From positions 1-64,000 of IMG/VR virus record IMGVR_UViG_3300042475_001686: 64,000 nt of DNA, one strand, 5' to 3'. The translations under genes and the position numbers were made by a program. The stretch comes from a virus. The notes under the pieces are model-generated. The model saw only the letters and a list, made by a program, of their open reading frames with translations. It made no database searches and was not told the origin of the DNA. Positions 48,061 to 57,659 of this stretch are shown piece by piece (within the stretch, counting starts at the first letter, position 1; every line of letters begins with the position of its first letter).

Positions 48061-48115
48061 CGATACAGACACGGTAGGAATGGGAATAGGAAGACCTATC
48101 GTGTCTGTATCATAT

Positions 48116-48189
48116 GGTCCGTTAGTTCAGTTGGTTAGAACGCTACCCTGTCACGGTAGAGGTCGTCGGTTCAAGTCCGATACGGATCG
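48116..48189 (+). tRNA. tRNA-Asp(GTC)
   Basis: CTACC-CT-GTC-AC-GGTAG. Confidence 0.9.
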
Positions 48190-48193
48190 CATT

Positions 48194-48265
48194 GGCTCCA
48201 TCGTCTATCGGTTAGGACATCAGATTTTCAATCTGGGAAGACGGGTTCGATTCCCGTTGGGGCTA
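48194..48265 (+). tRNA. tRNA-Glu(TTC)
   Basis: TCAGA-TT-TTC-AA-TCTGG. Confidence 0.9.
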
Positions 48266-48308
48266 CGAGTTTGATATAATGGAATAACTACTAGTAGAAG
48301 GAAATGTA

Positions 48309-50393
48309 ATGTCAGAAGCAAAGTGCCCATTTACGGGTAACAGTTTAAATAATGAAGGAACATATAATAAAGATTGGTGGCCAAACCAATTAGACTTGTC
48401 TCCTTTAAGAAAGAATTCATCTAAGTCAGATCCAATGGGAGAAGACTTTGATTATGCTGAAGAGTTTAATAGTTTAGATCTTGATGCAGTCAAGAAGGAT
48501 ATTGATACACTTCTAACTACCTCGCAAGATTGGTGGCCTGCTGATTACGGCAACTATGGACCACTATTCATTCGCATGGCATGGCATAGCGCAGGAACAT
48601 ATAGAACAACTGATGGTCGTGGTGGTGCTGGAGAAGGTCTACATAGATTTGCCCCACAAAACTCATGGCCAGATAATGGTAATTTAGATAAGGCTCGTAG
48701 ACTTTTATGGCCTATCAAACAAAAATATGGAAAGAAGATTTCATGGGCAGACCTCATGATTCTTGCTGGTAATGTTGCTCTTGAAAACATGGGCTTTAAA
48801 ACTTTCGGTTTTGGTGGAGGTCGTGTAGATGTTTGGGAAGCAGACGATACATATTGGGGTAGCGAAAAGGAATGGCTTGCAGACAACCGTTATAGCGGTG
48901 ATCGTGAGTTAGAGAATCCTCTTGCTGCTGTACAAATGGGTTTGATTTATGTCAACCCTGAAGGACCAAACGGTAATCCAGATCCATTGTTATCTGCACG
49001 AGATATCCGTGAGACATTCGCAAGAATGGCAATGAATGATGAAGAGACCGTTGCTCTTATTGCTGGTGGACATGCATTCGGTAAAGCACATGGTGCTGGA
49101 GATCCCAAGAATGTTGGACCAGAACCAGAAGGCGCATCTATTGAAGAGCAGGGCCTTGGCTGGAAGAATTCATTTGGTAAGGGTAATGCAGAAGATACCA
49201 TTACAAGTGGTATTGAAGGTGCATGGACTCCTACACCAACTAAGTGGGATAACTCCTACTTAAAGATTCTATTTAAGTATGATTGGAAGCAGGTAAAGTC
49301 TCCTGCTGGTGCGACACAATGGATTCCTACAGATGAATCTGCTGTTAATTTAGTACCAGATGCACATGTTGAAGGAAAGTTTCATGCTCCAGTGATGACA
49401 ACAGCAGATTTGGCTCTCAAGTTTGATCCAGAATACGAAAAGATTTCAAGAAGATTCTTAGAAGACTTTGACTATTTCTCAGATCAATTTGCTCGTGCTT
49501 GGTTTAAACTAACACACAGAGATATGGGTCCTGTTGCTCGTTATCTTGGCAAAGAAGTTCCTACAGAAGAACTAATTTGGCAAGATCCAGTACCAAGCAA
49601 TGTTAATATGAATATTGATGTAGAGTCTATCAAGAAGGCTATTAAGTCTTCTGGTATACCACTATATTATTTCGTATATACTGCGTGGTCTTCTGCATCT
49701 ACTTTCCGTAAAACAGATAAGCGTGGTGGAGCAAATGGTGCACGTATTCGCTTGGAACCTCAAATAAGTTGGGACTCCAACAATAAAGAAGTTATCTCCA
49801 CTGTAATTAATTATTTAGAAACATTGCAGAAGGAATACTCAGCATCATTAGCAGACTTAATTGTTCTTGCTGGATGCGCTGCTATCGAAAAGGTATCTGA
49901 AGAAAAGGTTGTAGTACCATTTACACCTGGAAGAACAGATGCAACACAAGAACAAACAGATGTGGAATCATTTAGTGTTCTTGAACCGATTGCAGATGGC
50001 TTTAAGAATTATTTAAAAGATGGAGTTATAACTCCTTCAGAAGTTCTTTTAGTTGAAAAGGCAAATATGCTAAACCTAACACCAGTAGAGATGGTTGTTC
50101 TATTGAGTGGAATGAGAACATTAATGACAAACAGACTAAGCAATGGTTATTTGATCAGTTTGTTATCTGGACAAATTACCTGGAAACAAACATCTATCAA
50201 TAATTTTGAAGGATATGTTGGTGGTGATCTTATAGGTAACGCAAGTCGTGTTGATCTTATTTTCGGATCTAATTCAGAACTTCGTGCTATTGCAGAAGTC
50301 TATGCTTCTGACGATGCAGAACAAAAGTTTATGGATGATTTTGCTCAGGCATGGAATAAGGTAATGATGCTTGATAGATTTGATGTAAGATAG
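48309..50393 (+). CDS. katG: catalase-peroxidase
   Basis: [43 protein letters not shown]; two-domain architecture. Confidence 0.97.
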   Translation: MSEAKCPFTGNSLNNEGTYNKDWWPNQLDLSPLRKNSSKSDPMGEDFDYAEEFNSLDLDAVKKDIDTLLTTSQDWWPADYGNYGPLFIRMAWHSAGTYRTTDGRGGAGEGLHRFAPQNSWPDNGNLDKARRLLWPIKQKYGKKISWADLMILAGNVALENMGFKTFGFGGGRVDVWEADDTYWGSEKEWLADNRYSGDRELENPLAAVQMGLIYVNPEGPNGNPDPLLSARDIRETFARMAMNDEETVALIAGGHAFGKAHGAGDPKNVGPEPEGASIEEQGLGWKNSFGKGNAEDTITSGIEGAWTPTPTKWDNSYLKILFKYDWKQVKSPAGATQWIPTDESAVNLVPDAHVEGKFHAPVMTTADLALKFDPEYEKISRRFLEDFDYFSDQFARAWFKLTHRDMGPVARYLGKEVPTEELIWQDPVPSNVNMNIDVESIKKAIKSSGIPLYYFVYTAWSSASTFRKTDKRGGANGARIRLEPQISWDSNNKEVISTVINYLETLQKEYSASLADLIVLAGCAAIEKVSEEKVVVPFTPGRTDATQEQTDVESFSVLEPIADGFKNYLKDGVITPSEVLLVEKANMLNLTPVEMVVLLSGMRTLMTNRLSNGYLISLLSGQITWKQTSINNFEGYVGGDLIGNASRVDLIFGSNSELRAIAEVYASDDAEQKFMDDFAQAWNKVMMLDRFDVR

Positions 50394-50401
50394 TAGGGGT
50401 T

Positions 50402-50473
50402 GCCTCCTTAACTCAGGGGTAGAGTACCCGCCTTGTAAGCGGGTTGTCGTAGGTTCAAATCCTACAGGAGGCT
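50402..50473 (+). tRNA. tRNA-Thr(TGT)
   Basis: CCCGC-CT-TGT-AA-GCGGG. Confidence 0.9.
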
Positions 50474-50489
50474 CTGATATAATTTGGTT

Positions 50490-50645
50490 ATGGATTTAGA
50501 AAAAGAAATTAAAGATATATTATTTAATATTGGTAAAGAAATTCAGATCCATAAATTAGTTGATGGTAATCTTATTATAGAAATAGATTATGATAAGTAT
50601 ACTATTGAAATGATGGAACTAATGAAAAAGTATTTATCTAATTAG
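50490..50645 (+). CDS. 51-aa hypothetical protein (leaderless; not in the ORF track)
   Basis: TGATATAAT 6 nt upstream of ATG. Confidence 0.45.
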   Translation: MDLEKEIKDILFNIGKEIQIHKLVDGNLIIEIDYDKYTIEMMELMKKYLSN

Positions 50646-50764
50646 ACTTATTCTTTTTGCTGTACTCGCCATATTTACCAAGTACTGCTTTGACTGTTCC
50701 ATCTTTTCTTAGACGAACAATATTTCCATCTTTAATTTGTATTGGATTAAATTTATCGCTTCTT

Positions 50765-51913
50765 TTATACTTGCCAGAAGACATTGCCACTACCACGCTT
50801 TCTATTACTTTGTTTTTGAATAGGATTAAGTATATCTGAAAATACTTTTTTATCTTTTTCAGAGTTTACTATTCTCCTTGACCAAGAATAGCCAGCATCC
50901 CCACCCCATGCTAACCACATAATGTACCCATTAGAAGGATTAGATTGATTTGCCCAATCTTTACCCTTTTTATCTACCTCGTGACGAGAAAAATAAGAAT
51001 ACATTCTTTTAACTGTGCTTAGTGATAATGTTTCTCCTCGTGCTAATTGACCTGCACGAGTCCAACCTACTGATGTACCTGCACCTTTTGCTTTACCTTG
51101 TTCTTTAAATCTAATTGCTTTACGTGCTGCTGCACGAGCACCTGCTGGCGGAGAATATCCCTCAGCCTTCGATACCGAATCTGTTTCATAAACAACAGTA
51201 TCATCATCTTCCCAAAGATCATCAGCCTTTTCAGCAGGAACACAGTTAGGAACTGGTCTTCCATTTGCTCCTGGTTTCATACCACGCTGTACATAGCCAT
51301 CCCAACATGGTGCCTGTTTGTTTACATTTGCACAACAATCTGATTTCATTTCACCAGATTGACATTGTGGGCATTGATCACATGTTACATCTAATTCTTT
51401 GCACATAGGGCAACCGCAGCCTTCGTATGCTTTTTTAACATCATCTTCTTCATCGTCTTCTTCATCATCATTTGAAGAGTTGCCAGAAATTGACTTATCC
51501 ATTTCATCATCTGACATCGTATCTGGCAGAATCATTACATCTGCTGCTTTTGCACCAACGAAGTATTCCGTCTCTTCTAATTCGCCCTCTTCCATTTCAA
51601 ACAGTTGAATTAAAATAGCAGGCTCTTCTGCACTTGCTTCAAGAGCATATTCAGATCCTGGAGTTCCAAGCATTCCCTCTGTCATAACGTGAACAACACG
51701 ACCAACATACATTTCTTCTTCATGTGGAGCCATAACCATATCGCCTTCTTTAACCATTGCCTTGCCTATATTGCCCTCAGAACGGTTTATAGCGTAAATC
51801 TGTGCTGCAGCCTCAGAACGAGTCTTATGGCAGCCCATAACCTCTCCTGTGTCCTTTAAAGCGGGGTATCCAGAACAACCATTGGACCCTTTAGCACCTA
51901 TACGATATGGCAT
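50765..51913 (-). CDS. multi-module probable head-associated protein
   Basis: GCHKTRSEAAAQIYAI, CWDGYVQRGMK..PNCVP, TVKRMYSYFSRHE..WLAWGGDAG modules. Confidence 0.55.
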   Translation of the reverse strand: MPYRIGAKGSNGCSGYPALKDTGEVMGCHKTRSEAAAQIYAINRSEGNIGKAMVKEGDMVMAPHEEEMYVGRVVHVMTEGMLGTPGSEYALEASAEEPAILIQLFEMEEGELEETEYFVGAKAADVMILPDTMSDDEMDKSISGNSSNDDEEDDEEDDVKKAYEGCGCPMCKELDVTCDQCPQCQSGEMKSDCCANVNKQAPCWDGYVQRGMKPGANGRPVPNCVPAEKADDLWEDDDTVVYETDSVSKAEGYSPPAGARAAARKAIRFKEQGKAKGAGTSVGWTRAGQLARGETLSLSTVKRMYSYFSRHEVDKKGKDWANQSNPSNGYIMWLAWGGDAGYSWSRRIVNSEKDKKVFSDILNPIQKQSNRKRGSGNVFWQV

Positions 51914-51951
51914 AATAAATAGTATACCATATTTTATGGTAAAATTAAGGC

Positions 51952-52131
51952 ATGAATCAACAACTAACTTCAGAACAGCAAGCAGAGATTATCGCCAATC
52001 AGATAATTCAGGCTACAAAAAATAGTATTATTAATAGACTACAGCCAGCATTTAACAAACTTGCTGAAGGTCATCATCATTTTGATCAGGCTCTTGCTGA
52101 CGCTATCATTACTGACATTAAAAACGCATAA
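51952..52131 (+). CDS. 59-aa hypothetical protein (leaderless; not in the ORF track)
   Basis: TGGTAAAAT 6 nt before ATG. Confidence 0.45.
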   Translation: MNQQLTSEQQAEIIANQIIQATKNSIINRLQPAFNKLAEGHHHFDQALADAIITDIKNA

Positions 52132-52136
52132 TAAAA

Positions 52137-52163
52137 GAGCAGTTTCTCCACATGCTCAGGTGG
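52137..52163 (-). ncRNA. pseudoknot motif, copy 6 (3' of hsp20)
   Basis: Minus strand CCAC-CTGAGCAT-GTGG-AGAAAC-TGCTC. Confidence 0.7.
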
Positions 52164-52184
52164 TCAGTATGACAATACTGTTAC

Positions 52185-52604
52185 TTACTTGATTTTGATA
52201 GTTTTTGGTTTCTTTTCTTCTGGGATGTTTCTTTCCACAAAGACGCTAAGAATACCGTCTGCCATTTCAGCACGATCAACCTCCATATACTCTCCAAGAG
52301 CAAAGGTGCGTGTGAATTTTCTGGTTGCGATACCCTTATGAAGTACCTCAGAAGAGGACTCTTCGGTTTTCTCACCCTTGATAATTAGACTTCCATTATC
52401 CACAGAAACCTCTACCTCACTCTTGCTAAATCCAGCAAGGGCTAAAGATAGTTTGTAAGTGTCCTCATCAAGTTTAACCACATCATATGGTGGGTAGGAT
52501 TGACGAGTTGCCTCACGATGGATATTTGAAAGACGGTCCAACTCTCTGTTGAAACCGATAAAAAAAGGATCTTTGAAAAGATCCAATGACCATGTACTTA
52601 CCAT
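52185..52604 (-). CDS. small heat shock protein (Hsp20/IbpA family)
   Basis: SYPPYDVVK..LALAGF..HKGIATRKFTRTFAL..DGILSV. Confidence 0.95.
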   Translation of the reverse strand: MVSTWSLDLFKDPFFIGFNRELDRLSNIHREATRQSYPPYDVVKLDEDTYKLSLALAGFSKSEVEVSVDNGSLIIKGEKTEESSSEVLHKGIATRKFTRTFALGEYMEVDRAEMADGILSVFVERNIPEEKKPKTIKIK

Positions 52605-52669
52605 TTTTTCCTCCTTGTTAAGCGAGTCATTTTAAGTACCCCCCTTTGGGCAGGTACCTTTATATTATA

Positions 52670-53737
52670 TCACAAACTTTCAGGGTAATTAATTTTCTTT
52701 TTTGCTTCATCAAGAGATTTTTGATCTGGTGCACCCCAATATCCAAAATATTTTCCTGTTATCATTTTATTAAAAAATAAATGTGCATTATTGTTTAAAT
52801 AGTTTATATAACAATTATCTCTTTGCGAAGTAACCCTTGCAACTCTCCAATCATCTTGATCTAAAAAGATGTCTGTATTTTTAAAATTATTATCGATTTG
52901 CTCTATTTTAAATTTATTTAATGTTGAAATTAAAGGGGCCTTTGGACTAAATATTTTATATCCTCTTGATAATAATCTAATAGAATAATTTGACTGGTCT
53001 CCATTAAAGGGGTCAAGTGCGTCGTGTAAAATTTCTCTGATTATATTTGCTTTTGAAAATACAAAAGAAGCATGAACACAATTAGTTTCTTCATAATCTT
53101 TTTCCCCACGACCCCCATGTTTTCCATAAACTATTGGAAAGTCTACATAGGCATCGATAGTTATGTCTCCTTGCTTTCCATTATAAACAATTTCTGGAAT
53201 AGTTAAATCTTTTGTATTTATAAGTGGATAAGACTCTTCTAAATTATATGGATCAATTTTTACAAAAGTATTTTTTATAAAATCTGGCATAAGAATTTCT
53301 TCAATGTTATTTGGGTTATAGGTCCAAGAAATAGGGCATATTGAAGATAAAACGAGTTTGTCTTCATCAATTTGATTTTCATCTTTAATTTTATTAAAAA
53401 CTGAAATAATTTTTTCATCCCAGTCTTTAGTAAATATTGTATGAGCATCTATTTGAAACATGTAATCAAAACTATAAAATTGTAATAAAGAGGCATTTGC
53501 TCTACCAAAACCTACACCTAAAGGAATTGGACTAAGTATTTCTGTATAAAATATTTGATCATTTTTAGTCATAAACTCATCATCAAGCAAAGAATTTTTT
53601 TTGTCAAGTATATTATTAAATACTCCAAAATATATTTCGGATGGATTTTTTGCTGCCGATAATGCACTCTGTATTGTTTGTTTTATAAATTTTTCTTCAC
53701 ATGCAGCAATTGGTATAAATATAGATTTTGTATTCAT
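52670..53737 (-). CDS. GT60/Gnt1-like GlcNAc transferase
   Basis: IFIPIAA..TIQSALSAAKNP..GVGFGR..YMFQIDAHTIF..WD, matching the Skp1-Hyp GlcNAc-transferase family pattern. Confidence 0.65.
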   Translation of the reverse strand: MNTKSIFIPIAACEEKFIKQTIQSALSAAKNPSEIYFGVFNNILDKKNSLLDDEFMTKNDQIFYTEILSPIPLGVGFGRANASLLQFYSFDYMFQIDAHTIFTKDWDEKIISVFNKIKDENQIDEDKLVLSSICPISWTYNPNNIEEILMPDFIKNTFVKIDPYNLEESYPLINTKDLTIPEIVYNGKQGDITIDAYVDFPIVYGKHGGRGEKDYEETNCVHASFVFSKANIIREILHDALDPFNGDQSNYSIRLLSRGYKIFSPKAPLISTLNKFKIEQIDNNFKNTDIFLDQDDWRVARVTSQRDNCYINYLNNNAHLFFNKMITGKYFGYWGAPDQKSLDEAKKKINYPESL

Positions 53738-53813
53738 ATAATTTTATTATAGCATAAAAAATGGAGATGCTAAATTAATAACACCTCCAAATTTTATTTA
53801 TATTCTATCTAAA

Positions 53814-54089
53814 TTAATTAGACTTCTTTGCTGGTGCTTTCTTTTTTGAAGCAACCTTCTTTTCTAATTTCTTAAGTTCTGTATCAACTACAGTTGCTAC
53901 CAAACCAAATGTTGGATCCTTCTTGTCGATTGCTCTAATTGCTGGTCCTGCTACTGCAATTAAACCTGCCAACAAAAGACCTTCTACTCCAAGATCTGAA
54001 CCTGGTGCTGTGTATGCTGCACCAACTGCTACGACATACGATCTAGCATAAGACTTTAGAATATCTTTATGTTTCTTTGTTAGTTTCAT
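53814..54089 (-). CDS. holin-like membrane protein
   Basis: SYARS..hydrophobic helices..basic C-terminus. Confidence 0.45.
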   Translation of the reverse strand: MKLTKKHKDILKSYARSYVVAVGAAYTAPGSDLGVEGLLLAGLIAVAGPAIRAIDKKDPTFGLVATVVDTELKKLEKKVASKKKAPAKKSN

Positions 54090-54098
54090 TTTTTCCTC

Positions 54099-54257
54099 CT
54101 AGGATATGAATCTACTTATGGCATCGTAACCGAGCCATAAACCAATTATACCAGCAACTCCAGCAAACACTGGTGGGGCTGGAACTGGTAGTTTGAATGC
54201 TGCAAAAACCACACCACAGCCAAAGCCTGTAAGTATTGAAAATATAATCTCTTTCAT
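54099..54257 (-). CDS. XapX/DUF1427-like membrane peptide (not in the ORF track)
   Basis: GVVFAAFKLPVPAPPVFAGVAGIIGLWLG. Confidence 0.65.
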   Translation of the reverse strand: MKEIIFSILTGFGCGVVFAAFKLPVPAPPVFAGVAGIIGLWLGYDAISRFIS

Positions 54258-54517
54258 AATTCATTCTCCTTTATTTTATCTAATGGTGTTGGTAATGTTA
54301 TTAATGTGCCACATTCCCTACAACTACCGTCTAAAAAATATAGCCCTATTTCGTAGTCTGTGGGGTCAAACTGAACAACTGCATTAAAATATACGCAACC
54401 ACATTCTGGACATTTGCATGTAGGTATACCTCTTGCATTAATCATTTGGTACGTCCTTCGGATATATTTCCTGTAATTTGTCAAATGCTTTTCTAAATCT
54501 ATGAATAGACAGATCAC
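54254..54517 (-). CDS. zinc-ribbon protein (real start probably MINARG)
   Basis: CPECG..CRECG..PTP. Confidence 0.55.
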   Translation of the reverse strand: MICLFIDLEKHLTNYRKYIRRTYQMINARGIPTCKCPECGCVYFNAVVQFDPTDYEIGLYFLDGSCRECGTLITLPTPLDKIKENEL

Positions 54518-54821
54518 TTGGATTTTCTAAATCATACTCAATCTCTGCTTTGTACTCTAATAATGCAATATGAACATCTTCAATATATTTATATGCGATA
54601 TCACGAGTCTCATTTAAAAATGCAAGTAAATGTTCTTTTTCTATAGACTCATTATTATTGTTAAATCTTGCACTAACATATTCTATATCTCTAATTGACT
54701 GATCTATTGCAACAATAAGTTGTGTATTAAGATTTTTTAATCTTATAATCATTACTGATAAAGAAACTACAATTATGAATACTACTAAAAAAATAATAAA
54801 CTCAAGCATTTCGATCCTCAT
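54438..54821 (-). CDS. membrane-anchored hypothetical protein
   Basis: N-terminal TM helix. Confidence 0.5.
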   Translation of the reverse strand: MRIEMLEFIIFLVVFIIVVSLSVMIIRLKNLNTQLIVAIDQSIRDIEYVSARFNNNNESIEKEHLLAFLNETRDIAYKYIEDVHIALLEYKAEIEYDLENPSDLSIHRFRKAFDKLQEIYPKDVPND

Positions 54822-55287
54822 GAGTTACCCAGTAATACTTACATGTAGAGCAGCATGGCTGATTATATAAACTATGCTTGGCATAACTAAACTTAGAATA
54901 GTACATGGGGTCTTTATCAAATAGACTTGCTTTATGTGTAGTAACTACACGCATTAATTTATTATTGTCAGTCCAGAACGACGGTCTATTATTTCCCCAC
55001 TGATTCCAGCACTGATCTTTAAGTCTATTAAGATTAGCCTCGTTATTTTCTGTTTTGATGCCACGATACTTTGCTTCTATAATCATAGCCTGTACATATG
55101 TCCATAGACCACGCTCATAACCTTTCCACATAAGAACAGCAGGATGATTACGCCAGCCACCAGTAGGAGACTTGCCAGACAGTACGTTAAGTATCTGATA
55201 ACATTCAAGTATCTGTTTATTAAGACGTTTGCTATCAAGCATACGGGCAGCCGTTACTGGGTTAGCAGATGGTAAAAATGTTTGCAT
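54802..55287 (-). CDS. pyrimidine-dimer DNA glycosylase-like protein
   Basis: MQTFLP..LDSKRLNKQILECYQI..GWRNHPAVLMWKGY. Confidence 0.8.
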   Translation of the reverse strand: MQTFLPSANPVTAARMLDSKRLNKQILECYQILNVLSGKSPTGGWRNHPAVLMWKGYERGLWTYVQAMIIEAKYRGIKTENNEANLNRLKDQCWNQWGNNRPSFWTDNNKLMRVVTTHKASLFDKDPMYYSKFSYAKHSLYNQPCCSTCKYYWVTHEDRNA

Positions 55288-55295
55288 TATTCTCC

Positions 55296-55580
55296 TTATA
55301 GCCAATACTTTAGTATAGCAGTTAAAGCAAGAATTGTCCAGAGGATGTTGAACCAAATAATTGTGGGCAATGTCTTGACAGTTGATGACCAGATTAATGC
55401 TAAACTAGTTATTAAAGCAATTATATAAAGCCACCAAATCTGTGTATTGAATAAAAGCCCTGGAATAATAATTGCTGCCTTGGTCATAAATGCAAAGAAC
55501 TCAACAGTATTAGGTTTATTCCAATACTCTTTATGCCCCATAGTTTTTAAAGCGTTTATCCATTCTGTTTTAAAGTTCAT
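55296..55580 (-). CDS. small membrane protein
   Basis: Three hydrophobic segments. Confidence 0.5.
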   Translation of the reverse strand: MNFKTEWINALKTMGHKEYWNKPNTVEFFAFMTKAAIIIPGLLFNTQIWWLYIIALITSLALIWSSTVKTLPTIIWFNILWTILALTAILKYWL

Positions 55581-57121
55581 TTTAGTGAGTCCAAAAACTT
55601 TCTATGATCAGTACACTCTGAAACCTTATAGTTCTGATAATTAACAAAATAGTCATACATCTCTAATCCAGCCTTATAATCTTTTGATAGTTCTAAGTAA
55701 TTTTTTGCTATGCTCTTGTTTATTGTATTTTGTTCCGCTCCAATTTGGAACCAACTAGCACTAGCCCATGCTTTCCCTACATCAGACTTTGCTGGCAATC
55801 TATGTTGCCATACATTAATTTTTTCTTTAAGTCTTGCTGGAGCATTTTCATAAGAAAATTTTTCCCAGAACTTAGTATCTTTTCTTAAAGTCATATAATG
55901 AAAATAAATAAAGTCAGATATGTCATCGTTCATCTCTAACATAGTTTTATTGAATTCATCTCTTCTTGCCTGGGAGTTATCAAAAAGCCATGCTGGATTA
56001 TTAAAAATGTTTGTAAGTTCTGTAACACTTACCCAGATAGAAGTTGCTTCCAAAGGCTCAATAAAGTTAGCAGCAAGACCTACTGCGATGCAGTTATTTA
56101 TCCATAACTCCTCATAAGATCCAGCACTAAACCTAAATCCACCCTTATCTTTTCTTGGATACTTTGGCTCATATCCTAAAAATTCTTCTATTTCTTTTAC
56201 TGCTTCTTCTTCTGATATTAAAGAAGAGTCATATACATACCCGCATCCAAATCTATCCTGTAATGGAATCTTCCATATCCAACCATATTTCATTGCTATT
56301 GCCTCTGTGTACGGTGGTATATCTTCTGTCATTTCAATAAAAAATGGAACAGCAGAGTCTTCTGGCAAAAAGTCTTTATAACTTTTCCATTTTGCATTAA
56401 AGACTTTTCCTATAATTAATCTATGAAAACCACTACAATCAAAAATAAAATCACAATAAATCTTTTCATTATTTTCTAATGTTAAACTTTCTACATTATT
56501 ATTTTCATCTAAAGATACATTAATAATTGTTCCTTCAATAAGTTTAATTCCACGAATCAGTCCTATTTCTTTTAACTTATTTGCAAGTTTAACGGCATTA
56601 AAGTGAATTGATATAGCACCTATCTGATTATATTTGTTAATGCCTTCTTTTTCTTGGGAAAATCCAAATGACTGTTTTGTATCTTTAAGAATAAAAGGAA
56701 CCTTATTATTTTCTGAAACTTTTTCCATAAAATTGATTTCTTTAAGACTATCATTTTTTGATAATCCTGCTACCATAAAAGAACTAGTAGATAGATATGG
56801 TTCAGATGCTGGCTCAAAACCTAAAGACCTATCAGACAAAGCAAATGCATGATAAAAAAATTCATTATCATTATTCCAATTAGTAAATTTAATTCCATTT
56901 TTGATAGTTGCATCACAGTGTAAAATTAATTCTGATAATGGAATTTCTAAATGATTTAAAAAATCTGTTAAGAATGGTGTAGATCCCTCTCCAGCACCTA
57001 AAATTCCTATATCGTTTGATTCTATAACTGTTACTTCTAAGTCTGGGTATGATCTTTTGGCTTTGAGTGCTGTTAACCAGCCAGCAGTGCCTCCACCTAC
57101 TACAACTACCTTTTTAATCAT
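55577..57121 (-). CDS. flavin-dependent tryptophan halogenase-like protein
   Basis: GGGTAGW, GAGEGST, ATIKNGIKFTNW, DCSGF, GWIWKIP (WxWxIP), FIEPLEATS. Confidence 0.85.
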   Translation of the reverse strand: MIKKVVVVGGGTAGWLTALKAKRSYPDLEVTVIESNDIGILGAGEGSTPFLTDFLNHLEIPLSELILHCDATIKNGIKFTNWNNDNEFFYHAFALSDRSLGFEPASEPYLSTSSFMVAGLSKNDSLKEINFMEKVSENNKVPFILKDTKQSFGFSQEKEGINKYNQIGAISIHFNAVKLANKLKEIGLIRGIKLIEGTIINVSLDENNNVESLTLENNEKIYCDFIFDCSGFHRLIIGKVFNAKWKSYKDFLPEDSAVPFFIEMTEDIPPYTEAIAMKYGWIWKIPLQDRFGCGYVYDSSLISEEEAVKEIEEFLGYEPKYPRKDKGGFRFSAGSYEELWINNCIAVGLAANFIEPLEATSIWVSVTELTNIFNNPAWLFDNSQARRDEFNKTMLEMNDDISDFIYFHYMTLRKDTKFWEKFSYENAPARLKEKINVWQHRLPAKSDVGKAWASASWFQIGAEQNTINKSIAKNYLELSKDYKAGLEMYDYFVNYQNYKVSECTDHRKFLDSLK

Positions 57122-57363
57122 TGTTCCTTGCCACCTTCACGAACTAATAAAACTATTGCCCCATTGTCTTCCAAGGCCTTCTTAACCCTTACCATATATT
57201 CTACAGCACGTCTTTTGTCTTCGTCTGGAAGACGCATAAAAAGATCTTCCTTAGCCTTTACGGTAATAAAATGTTCATTATCTATCAACTCTAAATGAAA
57301 TCCTTTAGGAGCAAAATTGTCAAGAGATCTAAAGGCTCTACGCATAACATCTGTATACATCAA
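57118..57363 (-). CDS. hypothetical protein
   Basis: ORF in the operon. Confidence 0.5.
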   Translation of the reverse strand: MMYTDVMRRAFRSLDNFAPKGFHLELIDNEHFITVKAKEDLFMRLPDEDKRRAVEYMVRVKKALEDNGAIVLLVREGGKEQ

Positions 57364-57659
57364 AGCATTTCCTCTGGTTGCTTTCTAGCAGTAGTAATAA
57401 TTGCTTTTGTGCCTTCCCATCTTACACGACCCCTGCAACCGACATTATACTTTGTGTCTCCTTCATATTGTGAAGAAACAGCATAGGCATACCCATGCAA
57501 CTCAAAATCACTGGCCAAAGTTTGATTGCCATTTATAAATATTCTCCACACCATAGGATCTTCTGGACCAGCCTTTGTGTTAAATCTTAAAATAATATCA
57601 TCATAAGGCCTAAGCCATCTATCCTTAACTATGGCCCAAATATAATTTATTTTGTTCAT
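57360..57659 (-). CDS. hypothetical protein
   Basis: LRFNTK..WRIF. Confidence 0.5.
   Translation of the reverse strand: MNKINYIWAIVKDRWLRPYDDIILRFNTKAGPEDPMVWRIFINGNQTLASDFELHGYAYAVSSQYEGDTKYNVGCRGRVRWEGTKAIITTARKQPEEML

Noticed and set aside
48080-48274. 64-aa ORF
   Set aside because: Overlaps tRNA-Asp and tRNA-Glu
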